The notes beneath the pieces are model-generated. The model did no database searches. It had not been told where the DNA came from and worked only from the letters and a program-made list of their open reading frames with translations. The translations under genes were made by a program, and so were the position numbers. DNA of 64,000 bases from Candidatus Omnitrophota bacterium (GTDB lineage: Bacteria > Omnitrophota > Gorgyraeia > Zapsychrales > Fredricksoniimonadaceae): positions 408,991-472,990 of the forward strand of contig JBGAJA010000002.1 of assembly GCA_044225175.1 (NCBI GenBank). Direction: 5' to 3'. Shown piece by piece: positions 45,684 to 56,188 of this stretch (within the stretch, counting starts at the first letter, position 1; each line of letters opens with the position of its first letter).

Positions 45684-47184
45684 AATCGACGCACTATTCA
45701 TTCATCCGAATGCTTCCAAGAAAATCTATCAAGATTTAGCCAAAGATTTTTCTGCAATTGAACCTCCCATTTGGGCGGGAATGCTGGCTAATCATTGTCG
45801 AATTAAAGGATTTTCAGTCAATATTCTAGATTGCGAAGCTTTGCATTTATCTGAAGAACAGTCCTCGCAACACATCATTGACGAGCGTCCTAAACTTGCC
45901 TGTTTTGTTGTCTATGGGCAACAGCCTTCTGCCAGTTCCCAGAACATGGAGGGGGCTCTTGCGGTTGCTCAGATGGTTAAAGATATGAACGCAGATATCA
46001 AGATTCTTTTTGTAGGCGGTCATATTGCAGCGTTATCCAGAGAAGTCTTGGAGAAACATTCATGTGTTGATTTCGTTTGTCAGAACGAAGGCGTTTATAC
46101 CATTTCCAATTTATTAAAAACAAACCTTAGCGATCATTTAGATAAAGTGCTGGGTCTAGGCTACAGAAAAGATGGCGGGATCATTTTGAATCCTCCCTCG
46201 CCCATTGTAGAGAAAGCAGATCTCCCAAAAGAAATGCCGGGTATTGCTTGGGATTTACTACCTATCAAGAATTATCGTACAGCCCTTTGGCATTCTTATC
46301 CTAATAACTCACAACGTCAGCCTTTTGCGGCATTGTATACGAGTCTTGGCTGCCCGATGAAATGTTCTTTTTGTATGATTAACATTATTAATCGCCAGGA
46401 AAATGAATACTCTGATGGGTCAGCTGTGTTTCGTTACTGGGATCCTGAACATATCATTAAAGAGTTTGATTTCTTTGCTTCTCAAGGGATCACTAATATT
46501 AAAATTGCTGATGAACTCTTTGTTCTAAACGCCAATCATTTCATGAAGCTTTGCGAATTAATTATTGCTCGAGGTTATAAATTTAACATTTGGTGTTATT
46601 CAAGGGTGGATACAGTTAAAGATCATTTCCTCGCTACTTTAAAGAAGGCTGGGGTTAATTGGTTAGCCTTGGGAATCGAAAGCGGAAATACCAGAGTTCG
46701 TAAAGATGTGACTAAAGGCCGTTTTGAAGATGTTGATATTCGATCCGTTGTTAATAAAATTCGTGCCCATGGGATAAATGTCATAGGTAATTATATTTTT
46801 GGTTTGCCTGAAGATGATTTCGAAAGCATGCAGATGACCCTAGACTTAGCTATCGAGATGAACACGGAAGAAGCTAATTTTTATTCAGCGATGGCTTATC
46901 CAGGAAGCCCTTTGCATGGGATTGCAAGAAAAGAAGGTTGGAAATTACCAGAAACATACAGTGGGTACTCTCAGCATTCCTATAATTGTCAACCCCTACC
47001 AACCAAATATCTGACTTCTGCTCAAGTTTTAGGTTTTAGAGACGAGGCCTGGATGAAATACCATACCAACCATAATTTTCTAGATTTGCTTAAGACCAAA
47101 TTTGGTCAGATAGCTGTAGATGAAACTTTAAAATCTACTCAAATTAAACTTAAACGTAAGATTTTAGAAGGCGTGAGTGTCTAA
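45670..47184 (+). CDS. Cobalamin-binding radical SAM protein
   Basis: B12-binding-like N-terminus (GGH), GCPMKCSFC, GIESG and PGSPL. Confidence 0.85.
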   Translation: MPISKIDALFIHPNASKKIYQDLAKDFSAIEPPIWAGMLANHCRIKGFSVNILDCEALHLSEEQSSQHIIDERPKLACFVVYGQQPSASSQNMEGALAVAQMVKDMNADIKILFVGGHIAALSREVLEKHSCVDFVCQNEGVYTISNLLKTNLSDHLDKVLGLGYRKDGGIILNPPSPIVEKADLPKEMPGIAWDLLPIKNYRTALWHSYPNNSQRQPFAALYTSLGCPMKCSFCMINIINRQENEYSDGSAVFRYWDPEHIIKEFDFFASQGITNIKIADELFVLNANHFMKLCELIIARGYKFNIWCYSRVDTVKDHFLATLKKAGVNWLALGIESGNTRVRKDVTKGRFEDVDIRSVVNKIRAHGINVIGNYIFGLPEDDFESMQMTLDLAIEMNTEEANFYSAMAYPGSPLHGIARKEGWKLPETYSGYSQHSYNCQPLPTKYLTSAQVLGFRDEAWMKYHTNHNFLDLLKTKFGQIAVDETLKSTQIKLKRKILEGVSV

Positions 47185-48185
47185 TGATCATTTCTCGTAC
47201 ACCCTTTAGGGTATCTTTTTTTGGCGGCGGAACAGATTATCATGGCTGGTATCACTCGAATAAAGGGGCGGTTCTTGCCACAACGATTGATAAATATTGT
47301 TATATCACTTGTCGCTATTTACCTCCTTTTTTTGAACACAAATCACGCATTATATATTCCAAGATGGAACATGTTCAAAAATCGATCAATGAAATTGATC
47401 ACCCTTCCGTTAGAGAAGTATTACGATATTTGAAGATTCATCAGGGTATTGAAATCCACCATGATGGCGATTTACCTGCTCGAACAGGTTTAGGCTCCAG
47501 TTCTTCTTTCACGGTGGGTTTGTTGAATTCTTTATATGCTCTCAAAGGTCAAATGGTCACCAAAGAACAATTGGCCAACGAAGCCATTTATATTGAACAC
47601 GAAATGATTAAAGAAAATGTGGGATGTCAGGACCAGACTTTGGCAGCACACGGAGGGTTTAATCTGATTGAATTTGGGGGGCCGAATCACTTAAGAGTTC
47701 AACCGCTTACAATTTCCATAGATAAACTTAATTTATTACAAAGTCATTTGATGTTGTTTTTCACTGGTTTTTCCAGAACAGCTTCTCAAATTGCTTTGCA
47801 TCAGATCAAGAACATTCCCAACAAGAAAAAAGAATTACAGCGTATGTATGAAATGGTTTATGAGGCAGTTGAGATTCTTAATGGAAAGAATATTGTTAAA
47901 TTTGGCCGCCTTTTAGATGAAAGTTGGAAATTAAAGCGCACGCTTTCTGATAAGATCTCAACAGAACATATTGATGACCTTTATAAAACTGCAATTCGTG
48001 CTGGTGCTCAAGGCGGAAAACTCTTAGGGGCAGGTGGAGGAGGATTTATACTTTTTTTTGTTGAACCTCATAAACAAGAAAAAGTACGCCAATCGTTAAA
48101 AAAGTTAGTTGAAGTCCCTATTAAGTTTGAAAACCTTGGTAGTCAGATCATTTTCTTTCAACCTGCAACCGGTATTGTTAAATAA
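47184..48185 (+). CDS. hddA: D-glycero-alpha-D-manno-heptose-7-phosphate kinase (GHMP)
   Basis: TPFRVSFFGGGTD, GLGSSSSF, GCQDQ and GKLLGAGGGGF. Confidence 0.85.
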   Translation: MIISRTPFRVSFFGGGTDYHGWYHSNKGAVLATTIDKYCYITCRYLPPFFEHKSRIIYSKMEHVQKSINEIDHPSVREVLRYLKIHQGIEIHHDGDLPARTGLGSSSSFTVGLLNSLYALKGQMVTKEQLANEAIYIEHEMIKENVGCQDQTLAAHGGFNLIEFGGPNHLRVQPLTISIDKLNLLQSHLMLFFTGFSRTASQIALHQIKNIPNKKKELQRMYEMVYEAVEILNGKNIVKFGRLLDESWKLKRTLSDKISTEHIDDLYKTAIRAGAQGGKLLGAGGGGFILFFVEPHKQEKVRQSLKKLVEVPIKFENLGSQIIFFQPATGIVK

Positions 48186-48193
48186 TTTAATCC

Positions 48194-48925
48194 ATGAAGA
48201 CCCTAAAAGATACAGATGTGGTGATTCTAGCAGGAGGTTTGGGTAAAAGGCTTCAGTCTGTGACGGGCGGTTCACAGAAGATCCTTGCTCAGATTGATGG
48301 TAAACCTTTTATTAGCATCTTAATTGACTATCTTGCAGCCCAAGGTGCTTCGCGCTTTATCTTATGCACTGGCCATGATGCAAAGAATGTTGAAGAGACG
48401 TTAGCTAATGCCCACAGAGGACTCACTGTTTTATTTTCCAGAGAAGATGAACCTTTGGGTACGGGGGGAGCAATTAAAAAAGGGGCAGGCTTAGTTGAAA
48501 GCGACTTATTTCTGGCTATGAATGGAGATTGTTTTTGTGTGATTGATTATAATCGTATGATTCAAGAGCATCAAATGAACAAAGCCCAAGCCACTATTGC
48601 AATAACACAAATTGCAGATGCTCGAGAATATGGAACAATTGAAATTAATTCGAATAAAGAAATTATTACTTTTAAAGAAAAACAACCAATCTTGCAAAAA
48701 GCTTTGATCAACACTGGTACATATTGTTTGAATCGAAATATATTTAATGTAGGGGTGGGTTCTAAACCCACCCAAGGAAAATTTTCCATCGAATACGATT
48801 TTTTCCCTTATTTGGTTGGGAAAGGTTTTTTTGGGTTTGAAGTAGAAAATAAATTTATAGACATCGGTACGCCTGAGAGATATCAATGGGCGCAACAACA
48901 TTTAGCAGGATTAAATGGAAAATAA
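48194..48925 (+). CDS. hddC: Heptose-1-phosphate guanylyltransferase-like nucleotidyltransferase
   Basis: ILAGGLGKRL, EPLGTGGA, NGD and FIDIGTPE; next to hddA. Confidence 0.75.
   Translation: MKTLKDTDVVILAGGLGKRLQSVTGGSQKILAQIDGKPFISILIDYLAAQGASRFILCTGHDAKNVEETLANAHRGLTVLFSREDEPLGTGGAIKKGAGLVESDLFLAMNGDCFCVIDYNRMIQEHQMNKAQATIAITQIADAREYGTIEINSNKEIITFKEKQPILQKALINTGTYCLNRNIFNVGVGSKPTQGKFSIEYDFFPYLVGKGFFGFEVENKFIDIGTPERYQWAQQHLAGLNGK
48749..48773. repeat. Single GTAG REP inside hddC
   Basis: GTAGGGGTGGGTTCTAAACCCACCC = VGVGSKPT; 24/25 identical to the left REP in leuS. Confidence 0.9.
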
Positions 48926-50120
48926 GAAGGAAAGGAATATGGATTTTAATAAAACGACAGCCATTCGTGAAGGCCAGGAAGCTAAAAAAGCTGGTTACAA
49001 AGTCCCCTTTGGAACTGTTTCTATCACACAAAAAGCAGAACAACTTATAGCGGAATCTCTTCGTACAAAATGGGTCACTAAGGGTGCGTACGTCGCAGAA
49101 TTTGAGTCAAAATTTGCCGCTCTTTTTGGTGTCAAGCATGGTATTGCTGTTTCCAGTGGAACGGATGCGGATGCCATTGCGTGTGCTGTTCTCTATGATT
49201 TTGGCGCACAACGTGGAGATGAGATTATTATTCCAGCTCTGACATTTGTAGCGACAGGAAATGCTGTGTTACAGGCAGGTTTTAAGCCGGTGTTTGTGGA
49301 TGTTAATCGTGAAACTTTAAACATTGATCCAGTTAAAATTGAAGCCGTCATCACAAGCAAAACCCGCGCGATTATGCCTGTGCATTTGATGGGCAAGCCA
49401 GCTGCAATGGACCAGATTATGGCGATTGCCAAGAAATATAAACTTCATGTGATTGAAGATGCGGCAGAGGCTCATGGGGCAGAATATAAAGGCAAAAAGA
49501 TTGGTGCTATCGGAGATATGGCATGCTTTTCATTGTATGCTGCACATATTATTACTTCCATTGAAGGAGGTATGATTATTACAAACAATGACCAAATGGC
49601 TGAAGCTGCCAAATCATTGCGTAATCATGGAATAGACGGTAAGTTTCGTTTCAAACGAATAGGATTTTCGGCCAAGATGAATGAAATTGAAGCGGCTGTT
49701 GGGTTAGGTAATATTGATATTTTTCATGAGATACTCGAAAAACGTCGACGTAATGTTAGATATTTGATTAAGCACTTTGCCCCTTTTGAAAAATATTTCT
49801 GGTATTTAAAAGAAGATGCTTACGAGGTCTTAGGACCACACGCATTTTCCATGATTCTAAAGCCCGGACTTAATTTCACTAAAGATGAATTCGTGACATA
49901 CCTTGAACGAGAGGGTGTGGATTCACGAAATTTATTTTATTCCATTCCTACCCAAACTCCCAGTTATGAATTCATGGGATATAAGCTTGGTGATTTTCCT
50001 GAAACAGAATATTGTTCTGATCATGGAACGCATATTGGCTGCCATCAAGACATTGAATTATCCCATTGTGATTATGCCATTGAGACAGTCGTTAAATTTT
50101 TAAAAAGCAAAGGTTATTAA
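48915..50120 (+). CDS. DegT/DnrJ-fold PLP/PMP enzyme with His at the Schiff-base Lys position (ColD/RfbH-like 3-dehydratase)
   Basis: EDAAEA; FSLYAAHIITSIEGG. Confidence 0.75.
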   Translation: MENKKERNMDFNKTTAIREGQEAKKAGYKVPFGTVSITQKAEQLIAESLRTKWVTKGAYVAEFESKFAALFGVKHGIAVSSGTDADAIACAVLYDFGAQRGDEIIIPALTFVATGNAVLQAGFKPVFVDVNRETLNIDPVKIEAVITSKTRAIMPVHLMGKPAAMDQIMAIAKKYKLHVIEDAAEAHGAEYKGKKIGAIGDMACFSLYAAHIITSIEGGMIITNNDQMAEAAKSLRNHGIDGKFRFKRIGFSAKMNEIEAAVGLGNIDIFHEILEKRRRNVRYLIKHFAPFEKYFWYLKEDAYEVLGPHAFSMILKPGLNFTKDEFVTYLEREGVDSRNLFYSIPTQTPSYEFMGYKLGDFPETEYCSDHGTHIGCHQDIELSHCDYAIETVVKFLKSKGY

Positions 50121-50129
50121 GGTTCTTAA

Positions 50130-51119
50130 ATGAGTTCTTCATCAAAGATCAAGAAAGTCTTGGTTATTGGTGGGACAGGTTACATCGGCTCCCATATGAC
50201 AAAATTACTTCTGGAGAAGGGGTGTAAGTCTATTATTTTTGACCGGGCCAATCTAAAACCATCCCAGAAATTACCTAATGTCAAAATTATTAAAGGGGAT
50301 CTAAGAAAATATAAAGATATCAGTTTAGCCTTACAGGAAACCCAACCAGATCTCATTATGTATTTTGCCGGTCTTATTGTTGCCCCTGAGTCCAATGTAA
50401 AACCTGTGCAATACCTGGATCATAATGTATTGGGAGCAGTGAATTTACTTAAAGCGATGCAGGAAACAGGAATCAAAAGAATTATTTTCTCATCGACAGC
50501 GGCTGTTTATGGAAACGCTTCTAATAAGACCATTACTGAGGAAACTCCATTGCTGCCGATTAATACCTATGGTTATACAAAATTGATGTTTGAACAAATG
50601 TTAGAACGTGTGGCTTGTGCAGATCAAGAATTTGCTTATATCGCTTTGCGATATTTTAATACCGCAGGGGCCCATCATTCCGGAACGTTAGGGGAATGCC
50701 ATGAACCTGAAACACATCTGATTCCTAACGTCTTACGCACGATCAAAGGTCAATTGAAAGAACTCGTTATTTACGGCGATGATTATCCGACAAAAGATGG
50801 CACCTGCATCCGGGATTATATTCATATTGAGGATCTTGTTGAAGCGCATTGGTTAGCCATACAGGCCTTAGGTAGGGGATTATCTAATCAAGCCATTAAT
50901 CTAGGAACAGGGCATGGTTATTCTGTAAAAGAAATTATCGCTGTGTCGGAAAAAATTACAGGAGCTAAGGTGAATGTGCGAATTTCTGATCGACGACCTG
51001 GAGATCCTGCAGTCTTAGTCGCTTCTTATAAAAAGGCCAAGAAATTTTTGGGATGGCAGCCTAAAAGAAATCTCACTCAAATTATCCATTCCGCTTGGCA
51101 ATGGGAGAAAAACTTGTGA
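50130..51119 (+). CDS. galE: UDP-glucose 4-epimerase
   Basis: GGTGYIGSH, SSTAAVYG, LRYFN, PETHLIP and DGTCIRDYIH. Confidence 0.9.
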   Translation: MSSSSKIKKVLVIGGTGYIGSHMTKLLLEKGCKSIIFDRANLKPSQKLPNVKIIKGDLRKYKDISLALQETQPDLIMYFAGLIVAPESNVKPVQYLDHNVLGAVNLLKAMQETGIKRIIFSSTAAVYGNASNKTITEETPLLPINTYGYTKLMFEQMLERVACADQEFAYIALRYFNTAGAHHSGTLGECHEPETHLIPNVLRTIKGQLKELVIYGDDYPTKDGTCIRDYIHIEDLVEAHWLAIQALGRGLSNQAINLGTGHGYSVKEIIAVSEKITGAKVNVRISDRRPGDPAVLVASYKKAKKFLGWQPKRNLTQIIHSAWQWEKNL

Positions 51120-52075
51120 TTCCAAAAGAAATTCCTGTTGTCATTGCTCATTTTGGAACGAAACCAAATTATTTAAAACTGGCCCTGAAATCTGCTGCTC
51201 GCTTTAATCAAAAAGTCGTGCTTATTGGTGATGAAGCTAATAAAGATGTTTGGATAGATCATTGGGACACGAAACCTTCTGAAATTGGGAAATTTCAAGA
51301 ATTTTTAAAATCCTATACCCATATGTCTAGCTTTTCTCAAGAATACGAGATTTCATGTTTTAAGCGTATGTTTGCCATGGAAGTATGGATGAAACAAAAT
51401 GGTCTTAAGGAAGCTTTTCATTTAGACAGTGATATCATGACCTTTGCTAATTATTCTAAAGAAATCCTTCCGATCCTTCCCAATGGTTGTATGGCGACTC
51501 TCATGGCTGTCGAAAAAGAACAACATGATTATTTATGGGTGAAATCTTGTCATTTTTCATATTGGACCATCGAGGCCTTGGAGGATTACACCAATTTTTG
51601 TATTCAGGCATACCGCGATTCCAAAATAAGAAATATGTTAGAGGCTAAATGGAAGTGGCATTGTGATCATCATAAAGGTGGTGGTATATGCGATATGACA
51701 GTCTTATATTTCTGGGCTAAGGGGAATCCGCATATTTTGTATATGACCAAGGTGCACAATGGGCTTACGGCGGATCATAATTTTAATCAATCGGCCCAAT
51801 ATTACGACCATGAATATCAGATGGAGTTTGGTCTTAAGAAATTTGTTTTTAAAGAGGGCCTTCCTTACGGTTACAATCAATTGGCCAAACAATGGATTAG
51901 ATTCTTGTGCGTTCATTGTCAGGGAGCAGGTAAGTGCACAATGCCTTTCTTAAGCAATGATTACTTAAGATCTTATTACGTGGTTTCTCGTATCTATCAT
52001 CGAATTAAATCAAAATATCTTAGGTTCTCCTTTCGAAAGTTTAAAAAACTGATAGAAAAGAACAAAAAGAAATAA
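51116..52075 (+). CDS. Hypothetical protein, possible GT-A glycosyltransferase
   Basis: HLDSD (DxD), CDMT and HCQG motifs; LPS cluster context; GTGA overlap with galE. Confidence 0.55.
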   Translation: MIPKEIPVVIAHFGTKPNYLKLALKSAARFNQKVVLIGDEANKDVWIDHWDTKPSEIGKFQEFLKSYTHMSSFSQEYEISCFKRMFAMEVWMKQNGLKEAFHLDSDIMTFANYSKEILPILPNGCMATLMAVEKEQHDYLWVKSCHFSYWTIEALEDYTNFCIQAYRDSKIRNMLEAKWKWHCDHHKGGGICDMTVLYFWAKGNPHILYMTKVHNGLTADHNFNQSAQYYDHEYQMEFGLKKFVFKEGLPYGYNQLAKQWIRFLCVHCQGAGKCTMPFLSNDYLRSYYVVSRIYHRIKSKYLRFSFRKFKKLIEKNKKK

Positions 52076-52099
52076 TTTGGGTTATCGGGAGATAAGGAA

Positions 52100-53212
52100 T
52101 TGAATCATGTGTTATTTATCAATCATGTGTCTTTTTTAGGGGGGGCCGAACGGAATTTATTATCACTCATTGAAGCGTTAGACCAAAAGTTCAAAGTTTT
52201 TTTTATTTGTCAAGAACCTGGGCCTTTACCTGAAGCCTTAAAAAAAATAGGTGTAGTAGTTGAGTACATGCCATTAGGGGCATGGCGTAAGCCGATCAAT
52301 ATTATTAAGAATCATTTTACAGTTCGAAAGATCCGTCAATTTTGCAAGAGTCATCGGATCAATCTCATCTGCAGTAATAATTATCGGGTTAGTTCCTATG
52401 CCGTTCTTCCGGCCCAGTCGTTAAAGATTCCTTCCATCACAATCATTCAAGATTTTGTGGATGAAAATAAATTGCGTAAATTTAATGCTTTTGAATCAAC
52501 AGCGTTAATCACTGTTTCCGATAGTGTGACTAACTCCATTAACAAGTTTTACAAGAAAAAAATTTATAGAATCTATAATGGACTGGACACTCATCAATAC
52601 ATTCAAGAGGCAGGTATTCATGAGAAATTAGGTGAGGAATTCCCAATATTGAGAAATAAGCGTGTGATAGGAATGATCGCTCAAATTGTTCCTGTGAAAG
52701 GCCATAAATTCTTCTTTAGAGCAATGAAAAGAATTGCGGATGAATTTGATGATGTCATGTTCTTTATCATTGGAGACTCCCCGCAAGTGGCAAAAGCATC
52801 ACTGATAGAAATTAAAAATTATGTCACTGCACTCCATTTAGAAGATAAAGTTATTTTTGCTGGTCCGCGGGAGGACGTTCCGAATTTACTCAAATCTTTT
52901 GATCTGCTGGTTGTGCCATCATCATTGGAACCTTTCGGTAGAGTTGTTATTGAATCCATGGTTTTAAGAGTGCCTGTTGTCGCTACAATGAGCGGAGGAC
53001 CATCGGAGATTATTCAACACGATACTAATGGATTATTGGTGCCTGTAGATAATGAACAAAGTTTAACTAATGCTGTCCGGATATTATTAACAGATGACAC
53101 CAAGCGAAAGATGTTTGGTGAAAAAGCGCAAAAGCATATCCAAGATCAGTTTGACCTGAAACATACCGTTGTCCATATTAACCAAGTTGTGTCAGAGGTT
53201 TTATCCAAATGA
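52100..53212 (+). CDS. Glycosyltransferase family 4
   Basis: GGAER, KGH, EPFGRVVIESM and GGPSE. Confidence 0.9.
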   Translation: MNHVLFINHVSFLGGAERNLLSLIEALDQKFKVFFICQEPGPLPEALKKIGVVVEYMPLGAWRKPINIIKNHFTVRKIRQFCKSHRINLICSNNYRVSSYAVLPAQSLKIPSITIIQDFVDENKLRKFNAFESTALITVSDSVTNSINKFYKKKIYRIYNGLDTHQYIQEAGIHEKLGEEFPILRNKRVIGMIAQIVPVKGHKFFFRAMKRIADEFDDVMFFIIGDSPQVAKASLIEIKNYVTALHLEDKVIFAGPREDVPNLLKSFDLLVVPSSLEPFGRVVIESMVLRVPVVATMSGGPSEIIQHDTNGLLVPVDNEQSLTNAVRILLTDDTKRKMFGEKAQKHIQDQFDLKHTVVHINQVVSEVLSK

Positions 53213-54045
53213 AGATCAGTGGTTTTACCATTGTCCGAAATGCTATTAAGCTCAGATACCCCGTGATTGAATCCATCCATTCGATTCTATCGATTTGTGA
53301 CGAATTTATTATCAATGTGGGAGATTCACAAGATGGCACCTTGGAATTAATTCAGGGAATGGCTAATCCTAAAATCAAGATTATTCAGACAGAATGGAAC
53401 ATGGAGCAGGGGGCTGCAGTGCTTTCCGAGCAAACCAATAGAGCACTTAAAGAGTGTACAGGAGATTGGGCTTTTTATTTACAAACGGATGAAGTCATTC
53501 ATGAACATGATTTACCAAGACTTGTCAAATGTATGAAGGAGAACTTAAATAATCTTGAGGTGGACGCATTAAGATTTAAATGGTTTCATTTTTATGGAAG
53601 TCATTACCGATATCGGATTGATCGAGGATGGTATCAAAAACAAGATCGAATAGTCCGTAATAATGGAACGATTCGTTCCCTGGGGGATGCCTTTGCTTTT
53701 GAAAGATATGATGGAAAACCTTTAAGATCTAAAAATACAGGATGTTTTCTGTATCATTATGGATGGGTCCAAATCCCCGAAGATATGGCCAAACGAAAAG
53801 AAAATGCTCAGGCGATTGGTTATGCGGCAGATATGGTCAAAAGTACAAAGCATGATTATGGTGATTTAAATCGTTTTCCTATTTATTTTGGAACACATCC
53901 TTTAGTGATGAGAGATTTAATCAGTTCTCATCCTCTGAGCCAGCAAGACTTAAGAGAAATACATCAAAAACATTGGTGGAATCCGCTTAGAATTTTTCAA
54001 GTACGCTATAAAACGGGAAGACGCATTAAAGAAAAGATTCTATGA
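53209..54045 (+). CDS. Glycosyltransferase family 2-like
   Basis: ISGFTIVRNA, SQDGT, QTDE and YHYGWV. Confidence 0.85.
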   Translation: MKISGFTIVRNAIKLRYPVIESIHSILSICDEFIINVGDSQDGTLELIQGMANPKIKIIQTEWNMEQGAAVLSEQTNRALKECTGDWAFYLQTDEVIHEHDLPRLVKCMKENLNNLEVDALRFKWFHFYGSHYRYRIDRGWYQKQDRIVRNNGTIRSLGDAFAFERYDGKPLRSKNTGCFLYHYGWVQIPEDMAKRKENAQAIGYAADMVKSTKHDYGDLNRFPIYFGTHPLVMRDLISSHPLSQQDLREIHQKHWWNPLRIFQVRYKTGRRIKEKIL

Positions 54046-55091
54046 AGATTCTTATTATTAATTCCTTTGGTATTGGGGATGTTCTTTTTACCACCCCATT
54101 GGTCAGCAATTTGAGGCTGGCTTATCCCGATGCTTTTATTGGTTATATTGCCAATCTTCGGGCTCTTCCTGTTTTGCAAAATAATCCCAAGATTAATCGT
54201 GTCTATGTTTATGATCGAGATGAATTTCAAAAGGATTTTTATCGTTCTTGGTTAAAGTTGTTTCAAGAGATTCGAAAAGAACAATTCGATGCGGTCTTCG
54301 ATTTTTCTTTGAATCCCTCTTTTGGTTTTTTCGCATTGATCTGTGGAATTAAACGTCGTATTGGATATGACTATCGCAACAGAGGCCGATTTTTGACAGA
54401 CAAGATTGTTTTAGAAGGCTATGAAGCTCGGCATGTGGTTGATTATTATTTAAATTTACTGAAGAAATTGGATCTGCCTACTACGTCACAGTCTTTAGAA
54501 ATATATATTGGACAAGATAGTCACCAATGGGCCCAAGAGTGGATTAAACTCAAAGGAATTGATCTACAGAAACCTTTGATTGCTGTAATTCCTGGAGGTG
54601 GAGCTAGCTGGGGTAAGAATGCCAACCAAAAGCAGTGGCCTGTCGAGCAATACGCCTCTTTAGTGGATAAAATCGTTGCAAAAACAAAGGCCACCATTAT
54701 ACTGATGGGCGATTTGAAGGATCAAAAATTGTGCCAAGAATTGACCCATCAATGTGCTTATCCCGTCTATGATGCGGTGGGTATTACAAGCCTTCACCAA
54801 ATGGCTGCTTTATTGAAATTATGTCGTTTTGCTATTGTTAATGATGGCGGTCCTTTACATGTGGCGGTGGCGGCACAAACGAAAACTGTATCAATTTTTG
54901 GTCCTGTCGACCCCTTGGTTTATGGACCTTACCAAGGAAATCAACAAGCAATTGAGCATCTCGTGATCCAGAATCATGTGCCTTGTCAGCCTTGTTACCG
55001 ACAATTTCGAAAAGCAAATTGTGATCATTTAAGTTGTTTGAATTTATTATCAGCCAATCAAGTTTTTAATCACATAGAAAGGTTATTATGA
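54042..55091 (+). CDS. Glycosyltransferase family 9 (LPS heptosyltransferase)
   Basis: GIGDVL..TP, KQWP, NDGGPLH, IFGP and CQPC. Confidence 0.9.
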   Translation: MKILIINSFGIGDVLFTTPLVSNLRLAYPDAFIGYIANLRALPVLQNNPKINRVYVYDRDEFQKDFYRSWLKLFQEIRKEQFDAVFDFSLNPSFGFFALICGIKRRIGYDYRNRGRFLTDKIVLEGYEARHVVDYYLNLLKKLDLPTTSQSLEIYIGQDSHQWAQEWIKLKGIDLQKPLIAVIPGGGASWGKNANQKQWPVEQYASLVDKIVAKTKATIILMGDLKDQKLCQELTHQCAYPVYDAVGITSLHQMAALLKLCRFAIVNDGGPLHVAVAAQTKTVSIFGPVDPLVYGPYQGNQQAIEHLVIQNHVPCQPCYRQFRKANCDHLSCLNLLSANQVFNHIERLL

Positions 55092-56188
55092 ACGTATCAT
55101 TTATTGATTTTAAACAACAAAACTTGCTAATCAAAGATGAGATTGATGCTGGATTTAAGAAGGTTTTTGAAAAAGGCGATTATATTCTTGGTGAACAAGC
55201 TCAAATCTTTGAAAAATCTTTTGCGCAATACTGTGACGTTCAATATGGGGTAGGAGTTAATTCAGGTACAGATGCCCTGCATTTAGCTCTTCAAGCCATT
55301 GATATTCAAGAAGGTGATGAAGTCATTGTTCCAACCCACACATTTATTGCAACAGCCCTATGTGTTTCCTTTTGTCGTGCTAAAGTCGTCTTCGTAGATA
55401 TTGAAGAGAAAACTTACAATATTGATCCCAAATCAATTGAAAAAGCCATCACTAAGAAAACTAAAGCCATTATTCCAGTTCACATTTATGGTCAACCTGC
55501 CAACATGGACGAGATTGTGGCGATTGCACGTAAACATGGGATAAAAGTTGTTGAAGATGCCGCGCAAGCACATGGTTCACGTTATAAAGGCAAGCGTGTC
55601 GGTTCTTTAGGAGATGTGGCTTGCTTCTCATTCTATCCGACTAAAAGTTTAGGAGCTTGTGGGGATGCTGGGATGATTGTGACTAATAATAAAGAAATTT
55701 ACGAAAAAGCCCTTATGCTCCGTGATTATGGCCGCAAAGGTCGTTATGAGCATAAGATTAAGGGAACAAATTCTAGATTAGATACTCTTCAAGCTGTAGT
55801 TCTTAATGCAAAACTCAAGCATCTTGATCAATGGAATGAAATGAGAGCTAAAAGCGCAGCTATGTATGCCAAATTATTAAGTTCTATTCCAAGTGTTGTG
55901 ACTCCAATTACTGAGAATGATCGTACACATGTTTTCCAAACATATGCTGTACGTGTGCCAAATCGAGATAAAGTTGTTGAAGCCATGAAAGCCAAAGGAA
56001 TTGGTGTATTAATTCATTATCCTATTCCTTTACATATGCAGGAAGCTTATGCGGATTTAGGGTACAAACAAGGGGATTTTCCTGTAGCAGAACATGTGGC
56101 CCAAAACATTTTAAGTCTTCCGATGTTTCCACATATAACACAAGAACAAATTGATATGGTGGTCAAGGCTTTGAAAGAATCTTTATGA
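55088..56188 (+). CDS. DegT/DnrJ/EryC1/StrS sugar aminotransferase
   Basis: EDAAQAHG, SFYPTKSLG (catalytic Lys present) and NSRLD. Confidence 0.92.
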   Translation: MNVSFIDFKQQNLLIKDEIDAGFKKVFEKGDYILGEQAQIFEKSFAQYCDVQYGVGVNSGTDALHLALQAIDIQEGDEVIVPTHTFIATALCVSFCRAKVVFVDIEEKTYNIDPKSIEKAITKKTKAIIPVHIYGQPANMDEIVAIARKHGIKVVEDAAQAHGSRYKGKRVGSLGDVACFSFYPTKSLGACGDAGMIVTNNKEIYEKALMLRDYGRKGRYEHKIKGTNSRLDTLQAVVLNAKLKHLDQWNEMRAKSAAMYAKLLSSIPSVVTPITENDRTHVFQTYAVRVPNRDKVVEAMKAKGIGVLIHYPIPLHMQEAYADLGYKQGDFPVAEHVAQNILSLPMFPHITQEQIDMVVKALKESL

